Shown: positions 8,387 through 17,337 of the stretch, piece after piece
Layout of the letters: each line of letters opens with the position of its first letter
Position numbering within the stretch: the stretch's first letter is position 1
NCBI GenBank assembly: GCA_031395755.1
Contig: JANNJO010000428.1
Span: forward strand, 1 to 60,490
Length of the DNA: 60,490 bases
Reading direction: 5' to 3'
From: Acidobacteriota bacterium
GTDB taxonomy: Bacteria; Acidobacteriota; Vicinamibacteria; Vicinamibacterales; JAMQPK01
Translations under genes and position numbers: made by a program
The notes under the pieces: generated by a model
Database searches by the model: none
Told to the model about the DNA's origin: nothing
What the model saw: only the letters and a program-made list of their open reading frames with translations

Positions 8387-9784
8387 GTGCCGACACCAGC
8401 CGATCTTTTTCTCTCTCCGGATCTCACAGAAGCTCAGGCGCGCGCGTACCTCGAGTCGCTCGGCTTCCGCGATCCGAAAGCGTCAGACGACCACCTGCAG
8501 CGGATGGCCGACGATCCTGTCGTCCGCGAAGCGCTCGGCCGCCTCGCGCAGTTGCTGTTCCCCGCTCTGCTCGAATCGCCCGATCCCGACGCGGCCGTCG
8601 TAGGCCTGTCGCGGTACGTGGCGGCGCGCACCGGCCGCGCCATGTTTCTGGACTACCTGCGCGAGGATCCGCGCGCGCTGCACGTCCTGACGTACGTCAT
8701 GGGCGCCTCGCCGGCGCTCAGCGAAATCCTCATCCGGACTCCCGAGTACTTTCATTGGCTCGTCGCTCAAGTGGAGCGAAGCGCCCCCGATCGCCAGGAT
8801 CACGAGGAAGAGCTCGTCTCGGTGTTCGCGACGGTGGACGATTCCGTCGAGGCGCTCAATATCCTCCGGCGCTGGAAGCGGCGGGAGACGCTGCGCATCG
8901 GCACGCGCGAGCTGCTGCGGCGCGAGACGGTTCAGACCGTGGCCGCCCAGCTCTCGGATATCGCGTGCGTGGCGATCGATTTCGCGCTGGCCATCGTGAC
9001 GCGGCAGCTGCTCGACGCCGAAGGGCGCGACAAGGCGCCCGGCACGTTTGCGGTCATCGCGACCGGGCAGCTCGGGGCGCAGGAATTGAGCTACAGCTCC
9101 AGCGTCGATCTGCTCTATGTCTACGAGGCGGCTGGCGTGGACGGCGCAGACGCCGAGGCCGCGCACGCGTTCTTCGTGAAGGCGGGCTGCGATTTGACGG
9201 CTGCCCTCAGGGACGAGACCCATGAGGGGCACCTGTATCGCGTGGGCGTGCCGCCGTGGCCCCAGGCCGACGGATGGCTCAAGGCGTGCTCTGTCGAGGA
9301 GTATGGCGAGCACTTTGCGGGTTCCGATGATCCCGCCGAAAGAGGCACGCTGACGAGAGCACGCGCGGTTGCCGGCGACGCGGAGCTCGGCCGACGTTTC
9401 ACGGTGAGCAGTCAGACGTTCGTGTTCGGCGGTTCCCATCAGAGCGCCGCCGCCGCGGCTGGTGGGGTCCGGCTTGAGCCGGACCTCACTGACACCGATC
9501 GCGGAGCAGAGGACATCGAGCGCCTGACACAGGCCTTCCAACTACGTTACGGCGCCGCGCACGCGCCGCTTCGCTATGCGGGCACTCTCGCTACGCTCCA
9601 GGCGATGGGCAGAGCGGGGTTGATCGACGAAGCCGTCCGGCGCGAGCTGGATCATGCGTACGTGTTCCTGCGGTCGGCGGAGCACCGCCAGCAGCTCGGC
9701 CTGAAGGAAGATGTCGACAAGCCGCTCGCCGCCTCGCGCGATCGCGTCCGCGAGATCTGCCGGGCGATCGTCGATCGGCCATAG
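8387..9784 (+). CDS. glnE: glutamine-synthetase adenylyltransferase-like protein, single-module (half-length GlnE)
   Basis: 465 aa with GlnE-type N-terminal helices and one nucleotidyltransferase module (ATGQLGAQELSYSSSVDLLYVY). E. coli GlnE is about 946 aa with two modules. Confidence 0.7.
   Translation: MPTPADLFLSPDLTEAQARAYLESLGFRDPKASDDHLQRMADDPVVREALGRLAQLLFPALLESPDPDAAVVGLSRYVAARTGRAMFLDYLREDPRALHVLTYVMGASPALSEILIRTPEYFHWLVAQVERSAPDRQDHEEELVSVFATVDDSVEALNILRRWKRRETLRIGTRELLRRETVQTVAAQLSDIACVAIDFALAIVTRQLLDAEGRDKAPGTFAVIATGQLGAQELSYSSSVDLLYVYEAAGVDGADAEAAHAFFVKAGCDLTAALRDETHEGHLYRVGVPPWPQADGWLKACSVEEYGEHFAGSDDPAERGTLTRARAVAGDAELGRRFTVSSQTFVFGGSHQSAAAAAGGVRLEPDLTDTDRGAEDIERLTQAFQLRYGAAHAPLRYAGTLATLQAMGRAGLIDEAVRRELDHAYVFLRSAEHRQQLGLKEDVDKPLAASRDRVREICRAIVDRP
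9461..9485 (+). repeat. REP-like hairpin copy inside the glnE-like CDS
   Basis: GGTGGGGTCCGGCTTGAGCCGGACC. The stem is GGTCCGGC/GCCGGACC. Translated in frame as GGVRLEPDL. Confidence 0.85.
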
Positions 9785-9822
9785 TCGATCGTCCCGACCG
9801 CAGCAGGGACCGGACTGTTTCT

Positions 9823-9896
9823 GATGGCGGGACGGTCCCGATGGCGGGACGGATCCCGATGGTGGAACGGATCCCGATGGTGGGACGGATCCCGAT
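9823..9896. repeat. 18-bp tandem repeat (minisatellite), 4 full units plus a partial one
   Basis: Units GATGGCGGGACGG(A)TCCC at 9823, 9840, 9858 and 9876. The fifth unit (9894) runs into the REP hairpin. Intergenic. Confidence 0.9.
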
Positions 9897-9921
9897 GGTG
9901 GGGTCCGGCTTTAGCCGGACC
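9897..9921 (+). repeat. REP-like hairpin, intergenic copy
   Basis: GGTGGGGTCCGGCTTTAGCCGGACC, differing from the 9461 copy only in one loop base. Confidence 0.9.
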
Positions 9922-9924
9922 GCC

Positions 9925-10192
9925 GCGGATGAGCCTGACACGCGATCCTGGCGTGATTCTTGTTCACGTCGGATGCGTGACCGCGCATCCAGAGCGCCTC
10001 GAATCCTTTGACTAGTTTGCAATTCTTGCGTACTGTTTCATGCCGGACCACGTGCACGTCATTGTGCGAGGCGGCAGTGAGACGGCAAACCTCAAAACGT
10101 TTGCGTCGAAAGCAAAACAGTGCAGTGGGTACGCCTACGCACAGCAAAACGACAAAAAGCCGAACCCCACAGATTTCCTACCCCAGCAATGA
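9925..10192 (+). pseudogene. decayed RAYT / IS200-like (HUH Y1) transposase remnant
   Basis: One frame reads ...VILVHVGCVTAHPERLESFD*FAILAYCFMPDHVHVIVRGGSETANLKTFASKAKQCSGYAYAQ..., with an in-frame TAG at 10013-10015. The HUH motif (HVH) is in its typical hydrophobic context. The C-terminal catalytic Tyr region is missing, and the remnant ends overlapping the PfkB gene. Confidence 0.5.
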
Positions 10193-11068
10193 CTGGACTT
10201 CCTCGAGTGTCGGCACCGATGGAATCGCCCCCAGACGCGTGCAACTCACGGCGCCCGCCGCATTCGCGAACCGCAGAATCTCCGGAACCGTCCATTGTCT
10301 CAGCATCCCGTAGATGAAGCCGGCTCGGAACACGTCGCCTGCGCCGGTGTTGTCCACGGCCCTCACCTTGAAGGCCGGGACCGCATGAAAGCGGTCCCCT
10401 TCAAGCGCGACCGAGCCGTCTTCGCCCAGGGTTATCACCAACAGATTGTGGTTCAGCCGACGGAGTTTGCGTAACGCTCGCTCCGGGTCGGCTTCTCCCG
10501 TCAGGCTCGCAGGAAGGGTCTGCTCGAAGATCGGGTACGTCACGGCCGCAATAATCTCTTCCGCCTTGTCTGAGACGTGCTCGATATCGCTGGTTATGAG
10601 GGTTCCACGACTGCGGGCCTCGATCGCGGTACGCAGGGCGATATCAGGCGCGTCATCATCGATATGGACAATCCGGGCGTCCAAAAAGTGCGGCTGGACG
10701 TCGTGCGGCAGCATTTTCAATCGATCGCTGAGATGCCATGTCACGGTGCGGCGCCCGTCCGGATCCACAAGAATCACCGCGCTGCGGTTCGGCGCGTCGC
10801 ATTCAATGGCATGCTCGAGATCGACACCGCGCTGCCGCAAAGCCTCTCGAACCAGTGTTCCATTGGCGTCTGACCCGAACGCCCCGATGTATCGGCTTCG
10901 CAATCCGAGCGCCGCACACGCCGCCACAGCTGTGGCCGTTTGCCCGCCACAGAGTACCTGCCGCTCCCTGACGCGAACTTTTCCCGTGGATGCCAGGTCG
11001 CGCACGGACACCGGGATACTAAGAACCTCGTCGGCAGAGTTGGTCCCGACGCCGACCACGTCAAACAT
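10178..11068 (-). CDS. PfkB-family carbohydrate kinase
   Basis: 296 aa with the ribokinase-fold signature DNTGAGDVF near the C-terminus and an N-terminal GG-containing lid region. Confidence 0.85.
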   Translation of the reverse strand: MFDVVGVGTNSADEVLSIPVSVRDLASTGKVRVRERQVLCGGQTATAVAACAALGLRSRYIGAFGSDANGTLVREALRQRGVDLEHAIECDAPNRSAVILVDPDGRRTVTWHLSDRLKMLPHDVQPHFLDARIVHIDDDAPDIALRTAIEARSRGTLITSDIEHVSDKAEEIIAAVTYPIFEQTLPASLTGEADPERALRKLRRLNHNLLVITLGEDGSVALEGDRFHAVPAFKVRAVDNTGAGDVFRAGFIYGMLRQWTVPEILRFANAAGAVSCTRLGAIPSVPTLEEVQSLLG

Positions 11069-11098
11069 GGGCGGTAGTTTACTGGAGGCGAGCCCGGG

Positions 11099-12127
11099 CT
11101 ACTGAATGCTGGCGACCTTGACCGGCTGGCCTGTGCGATGCGCCGCGGTGGCTGCCAGCGCGATCCGGAGGGCCTCCACGCCGTCCTTGATGACCACGGG
11201 CGGGACGCGATCGTGCAGCACGTTCTGCGCGAAATTCTGAAGCTGAATGGTGTAGGCGCGCTCGAACCGTTCCATGAAATAGGGCACCGTGTCATGCGTC
11301 ACGCTGTTCTTCGTCAGCGTCACAATCGGCGTTTCGCGAAGGTACCCGACGCGGACGGTGCCGGCGTCTCCAAGCAGCTCGGTGCTGATGTCGTATCCGT
11401 ACACGCCGTTCCGCGTCAGGTCAATCACTCCCAGCCGCCCGTCGGCAAACACCAGCGTCGCAATCGCGTTGTCGATGTCCCCGATCGAGGCCATCTCGGG
11501 ATAGGCAAGCACCGCGCCTACGGCGGACACCGTGTCGACCTCACCCATGAACCATCGGGCCAGATCGAAGTCGTGAATCCCCATGTCGACCATGATGCCG
11601 CCGCTGCTCGCCGGGTTCGCGTACTCGAGGCTGGGGCGGAACGGATCGCGCGAGGTCGACTTGAAGACCACGGGCCTCCCGATCGCCCCCTGGGAAATCT
11701 TCTCCTTCGCCGCCGCGTATCCCGGATCGAAGCGGCGCATGAAGCCCATCTGGAAGAAGGCCCCGGACGTCTCCACGGCGTCCGACATCGCGGCGCACTC
11801 GGCCAGGCTGAGGGCCGGCGGTTTCTCGCAGAACGTCGGCTTCCTGGAACGGGCCGCAGCCACCACGATCTCTCGATGGGTATGCGTCGGGCTCACAATG
11901 ACGACGGCGTCGACGTCGCGGTCGGCCATCAACTCTTCAGGAGAGCTGTACGCCTTCGGCACGTCGAACTCCTGCGCGATGCCTGTGGCCAGCGCGTGAT
12001 CCGTATCCGCGACGGCGACGACCGTCGTCTCGGAAATGCGCGCCGTCAGATCGCGGACGTAGACCTTTCCGAGACGCCCCAGGCCGACCACGCCCACCTT
12101 CAGCCGAGTGCGATTCTTCGAGGTCAT
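11099..12127 (-). CDS. Gfo/Idh/MocA-family oxidoreductase (inositol/sugar dehydrogenase-like)
   Basis: 342 aa with an N-terminal Rossmann motif [10 protein letters not shown] and the EKP motif (FCEKPPA). Confidence 0.85.
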   Translation of the reverse strand: MTSKNRTRLKVGVVGLGRLGKVYVRDLTARISETTVVAVADTDHALATGIAQEFDVPKAYSSPEELMADRDVDAVVIVSPTHTHREIVVAAARSRKPTFCEKPPALSLAECAAMSDAVETSGAFFQMGFMRRFDPGYAAAKEKISQGAIGRPVVFKSTSRDPFRPSLEYANPASSGGIMVDMGIHDFDLARWFMGEVDTVSAVGAVLAYPEMASIGDIDNAIATLVFADGRLGVIDLTRNGVYGYDISTELLGDAGTVRVGYLRETPIVTLTKNSVTHDTVPYFMERFERAYTIQLQNFAQNVLHDRVPPVVIKDGVEALRIALAATAAHRTGQPVKVASIQ

Positions 12128-12155
12128 CTCAGGCGGTGCTAGTGTATCTCAGCCC

Positions 12156-13598
12156 GTGCAGTATTTACTCGAAGTGGAGGGCGTGCGGAAGACCTTTCCG
12201 GGCGTCGTCGCGCTTGACGGCGTGTCGCTGAAGGTCCGCCAGGGCACCGTGCACGCGCTGATGGGCGAAAACGGTGCGGGCAAGTCGACGCTGATGAAGA
12301 TCATCGCCGGCCTGTACCGGCCCGACACCGGCCGCGTCACGCTGCGCGGCCGCACCGCGATGATCCACCAGGAGCTCACTCTGCTCCCCTCGATGACGGT
12401 TGCCGAGAACATCTGGATCGGCCGCGAGCCGCTGACCCGGATCGGGTTGATTGATCATCGCGCGCTCGACCGGAGTACGGTTGAGCTGCTCGCCGGATTG
12501 AACGTCGACATCGGACCCGGCGAGCGAATCTGCGAGCTGACGATCGCCGGCAGGCAGATGATCGAAATCGCGCGCGCGGTCTCCTACGAGTCCGACATCC
12601 TCATTATGGATGAGCCCACCTCGGCGTTGTCCGAGCCTGAAGTGGATCATCTCTTCCGGATCATCGCGGATCTGAAGGCCCGCGGCAGCGCGGTGATCTA
12701 CATCACGCACAAGATCAACGAAGTATTCAGAATCGCCGACGAGGTGTCGGTCCTGCGCGACGGTCGAATGGTCGGCTCGGATACCGTGGACAGGATGGAC
12801 CGCGACCGGCTGATTTCGATGATGGTCGGACGGGAGCTGACGCAGTTGTTCCCGAAAGACAACACCCCGGGCGATCGCGTGGCGCTGTCCGTGAACGCGT
12901 TGTCGCTGGCGGGGACCTTTGCCGACGTGTCGTTCGACGTGCGCGCGGGGGAAATTGTCGGGATTGCGGGCCTGGTCGGCTCCGGGCGGACAGAAGTGGC
13001 CGAGACCATCTTTGGCCTGAGGCGGGCGACGTCGGGCGAGATCCTGATCGACGGGGTCGGGGTGGACATCGATTCTCCAGCGACGGCCATCGGTCGCGGC
13101 ATGGCGTTTCTCACCGAAGATCGGAAGATGAGCGGGCTGTTCCTGCCGTTGAGTGTTCAGGAAAACATGGAGGTGACGGTGCTGAACGGCCGGTTCATCA
13201 CCAGGGGCTTCGTCCGACAAGGCAGGCTGCGCGCGGCGTGCAGTGCGATGGCGGCGACACTGCGGGTGAAGGCGCCAGACCTGTTCGAGCCCGTTCAGCA
13301 TCTCAGCGGCGGCAACCAGCAGAAGGTGCTGGTCGGCCGCTGGCTGTTGACGTCCCCGCGCATTCTGATCCTCGACGAGCCCACGCGCGGCGTCGACGTG
13401 GGAGCCAAGGCCGACATTCACCGGCTGATTTCCAGCCTGGCTGCCGGAGGCGCGGCGGTCGTCCTGATCTCGTCGGAGATGCCGGAGATTCTCGGGATGA
13501 GCGACCGGGTGATGGTCATGCGCGAGGGCCGCGTCGCGGGCATTCTCGACCGCGGCGACGCCAACCAGGTGGATCTTATGAGGCTGGCCGCGAATTGA
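12156..13598 (+). CDS. sugar ABC transporter ATP-binding protein (duplicated ABC domains, RbsA/MglA-like)
   Basis: ORF 12108-13598. Walker [10 protein letters not shown], signature LSGGNQQK, two ABC halves. The start is uncertain: GTG 12108 overlaps the divergent gene, and in-frame GTG codons at 12156 or 12174 are more plausible. Confidence 0.9.
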   Translation: MQYLLEVEGVRKTFPGVVALDGVSLKVRQGTVHALMGENGAGKSTLMKIIAGLYRPDTGRVTLRGRTAMIHQELTLLPSMTVAENIWIGREPLTRIGLIDHRALDRSTVELLAGLNVDIGPGERICELTIAGRQMIEIARAVSYESDILIMDEPTSALSEPEVDHLFRIIADLKARGSAVIYITHKINEVFRIADEVSVLRDGRMVGSDTVDRMDRDRLISMMVGRELTQLFPKDNTPGDRVALSVNALSLAGTFADVSFDVRAGEIVGIAGLVGSGRTEVAETIFGLRRATSGEILIDGVGVDIDSPATAIGRGMAFLTEDRKMSGLFLPLSVQENMEVTVLNGRFITRGFVRQGRLRAACSAMAATLRVKAPDLFEPVQHLSGGNQQKVLVGRWLLTSPRILILDEPTRGVDVGAKADIHRLISSLAAGGAAVVLISSEMPEILGMSDRVMVMREGRVAGILDRGDANQVDLMRLAAN

Positions 13599-14569
13599 CG
13601 AACAGGAGGCTCTCAAATGAGGCGGGGATTCTCCTGGTCCTTGTCGGCATCGCGCTGCTGTTCGAGGCCGTCGGCTGGAGCGTTCGCGGCGCGAGCTTCC
13701 TCTTCAACGGGCAGCGCCTGCTCGTGATGGTGCTGCAGGTGTCCATCATCGGGCTGCTGGCCATCGGGATGACGCAGGTGATCCTGACGGGCGGCATCGA
13801 CCTCTCCTCCGGATCGATCGTCGCGCTGTCGGCGATGATTGCCGCCAGCCTTGCGCAGACGCCGAATGCGCGCGCGGTGTTTCCGTCGCTGACCGATCTT
13901 CCGTTCGTCATCCCGGTGGCCGCCGGCCTTGCGACCGGCGCGCTGGCCGGCCTGGTGAACGGCAGCCTCATCGCGTACACGGGAATTCCGCCGTTCATTG
14001 CCACGCTCGGGATGATGGTGAGCGCGCGCGGTCTCGCCCGGTATTACACCAGAGGCCAGCCGGTCAGCCTCTTGACGGAGAGCTACACGCGCATCGGCGA
14101 AGGCGCGCGGCCGGTGGTGATTTTCCTGGTCACGGCCATCTGCTTTCATGTGCTGCTGCGCCATACGCGATACGGCAAATACACGTATGCCATCGGTGCC
14201 AACGCGCAGGCCGCGCGTGTGTCCGGCATCCGTGTCAGCCGGCATCTGCGGCGTGTCTACACCGTCGCCGGGCTGCTGGCGGGTCTCGGCGGGGTCGTCA
14301 CCTCGGCGCGCGCCGCGAGCGGACAAGCGGGGATGGGCATGTCGTACGAGCTCGACGCGATTGCGGCGGCGGTGATTGGCGGGACGAGCCTCTCCGGAGG
14401 CGTCGGGCGCATCACCGGGACCGTCATCGGCACGGTCATTCTCGGGATTATGACGAGCGGGTTCACGTTCATCGGACTCGATGCCTACATCCAGGACATC
14501 GTGAAAGGCGCGGTCATCGTCCTGGCCGTGGTCGCCGACCGCTATCGTCATCGCGCGTCACACGTGTGA
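13595..14569 (+). CDS. sugar ABC transporter permease (RbsC-like)
   Basis: The membrane part of ORF 13238-14569. TTG 13595 overlaps the upstream stop (TTGA) and is the only canonical in-frame start before the first TM. The strong SD AGGAGG (13604-13609) with ATG 13617 is in a different frame. Confidence 0.85.
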   Translation: MTNRRLSNEAGILLVLVGIALLFEAVGWSVRGASFLFNGQRLLVMVLQVSIIGLLAIGMTQVILTGGIDLSSGSIVALSAMIAASLAQTPNARAVFPSLTDLPFVIPVAAGLATGALAGLVNGSLIAYTGIPPFIATLGMMVSARGLARYYTRGQPVSLLTESYTRIGEGARPVVIFLVTAICFHVLLRHTRYGKYTYAIGANAQAARVSGIRVSRHLRRVYTVAGLLAGLGGVVTSARAASGQAGMGMSYELDAIAAAVIGGTSLSGGVGRITGTVIGTVILGIMTSGFTFIGLDAYIQDIVKGAVIVLAVVADRYRHRASHV

Positions 14570-14579
14570 AGGAGGAACC

Positions 14580-15509
14580 GTGCTCCGATTCGCCGCCCTG
14601 CTGATCGCGGTTGTCGGCTCGAGCTGCAGCAGCTCGACACCGCCCGCCACACCGGTCATTGGTGTGTCGATGGCGCATTTCGACGACAACTTCCTCACAA
14701 TCCTTCGTCTCGCGATGGCGGAGCACGCGGCCACGTTTCCCGACGTCGCCCTGCAGTTCACCGACGCGCAAGGCGACGTCGGCAGGCAGCTGAGCCAGAT
14801 CCAGAGCTTCGTCGCCCAGGATGCGGCAGCCATCATCGTGAACGCCGCCGACACCGCGGCCACGTCGAGTATGACGAAGGCGGCCCGCGAGGCGGGTGTG
14901 CCGCTGGTGTACGTCAACCGCCGTCCCGCGGAGGCCACGCTGCCCGACGGCGTCGTTTTCGTCGGCTCCGAGGACTTTCAGGCGGGAACACTGGAGATGG
15001 AAGAGCTCGCGCGGCTGATGAACCACAGGGGGAACGTCGCCATCATGGTCGGCGAGCTGGCGTCGAACGGCGCGCAGCTCCGAACACAGGCGGTCGAGGA
15101 TGTCGTGGCGAAATATCCGGGCATGACGATCGTCGAAAAGCAGGTCGGCAATTTTCAGCGCGAGCGCGGGCTCGATCTCATGAACAACTGGCTCACGGCG
15201 GGAACACGGATCGATGCGGTCGCCGCCAACAACGACGAGATGGCCATCGGCGCCATCATGGCGATCCAGCAGGCCGGTCTCCCTCCCGGGAAGATTCTTG
15301 TCGGGGGCGTCGACGCGACGCCCGACGCGCTCGCGGAGCTGGCGAAGGGTACGCTGGCGGTGACGGTGTTTCAGAACGCTCGCGGACAGGCGAGAGGGGC
15401 AGTGGAGGCTGCCGTGAAAATGCTGCGCGGCGAAAAAGTCGCCAGCTTCGTGTGGATTCCCTTCGAGCTGGTCACCCGCGAGAATTACAAGGGGTTTGTG
15501 GACAGGTGA
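14580..15509 (+). CDS. sugar ABC transporter periplasmic substrate-binding lipoprotein (RbsB-like)
   Basis: 309 aa with lipobox-like LIAVVGSSC and a periplasmic-binding-protein type I pattern. Confidence 0.85.
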   Translation: MLRFAALLIAVVGSSCSSSTPPATPVIGVSMAHFDDNFLTILRLAMAEHAATFPDVALQFTDAQGDVGRQLSQIQSFVAQDAAAIIVNAADTAATSSMTKAAREAGVPLVYVNRRPAEATLPDGVVFVGSEDFQAGTLEMEELARLMNHRGNVAIMVGELASNGAQLRTQAVEDVVAKYPGMTIVEKQVGNFQRERGLDLMNNWLTAGTRIDAVAANNDEMAIGAIMAIQQAGLPPGKILVGGVDATPDALAELAKGTLAVTVFQNARGQARGAVEAAVKMLRGEKVASFVWIPFELVTRENYKGFVDR

Positions 15510-15511
15510 TC

Positions 15512-15666
15512 ACAGTCGGCAGTCGACAGTCGACAGTGATCAGTCTGAGTCGCCAGTCATCGCCTCAGTCGGGCAGTCGTGCCTCGCGACTCCGGACTGA
15601 GGCTTGTCGGACTGGGACTCTCGACTGCTGACTGGGACTGATGACCGACGACTGCCGACTAACGAC
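15512..15666. repeat. palindromic heptamer-word element (family 1, AGTCGNN / NNCGACT), locus A
   Basis: Fills the whole gap between the TGA at 15507-15509 and the convergent TAA at 15667-15669. The left half is built of CAGTC words and the right half of GACTG words. Perfect inverted repeats are 15514-15525/15649-15660 (12 bp) and 15563-15570/15595-15602 (8 bp). Confidence 0.9.
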
Positions 15667-17232
<1,566 letters not shown>

Positions 17233-17337
17233 GAATCAGCTAATCTGACAATAATGTAAGGCAAAACAACCAGAACAACATGATTGTTACCGCTTGGTGC
17301 AGGTACGTCAAGAGCGGCGAGAACTTATAATCCAGAC

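Noticed and set aside
13604-13619. The strong SD AGGAGG plus ATG 13617 as the permease start.
   Set aside because: This ATG is out of frame with the membrane protein and opens only a short (~45-codon) Arg/Ser-rich ORF. TTG 13595, overlapping the upstream stop, fits the permease frame.
15512-15666. The word arrays (also at 35424, 44093, 50438, 59754) as CRISPR arrays.
   Set aside because: Units are 7-8 nt and contiguous, with no unique spacers. The arrays are under 160 nt, and there are no cas genes in the window.
17233-17337. A sigma-54 promoter for the peptidase/ATP-grasp trio in the spacer next to the second NifA-like gene.
   Set aside because: The only TGG-containing candidate (TTGGTGCAGGTACGTC) has TC rather than GC at the -12 position. 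A TATAAT at 17326-17331 exists but has no convincing -35 element.
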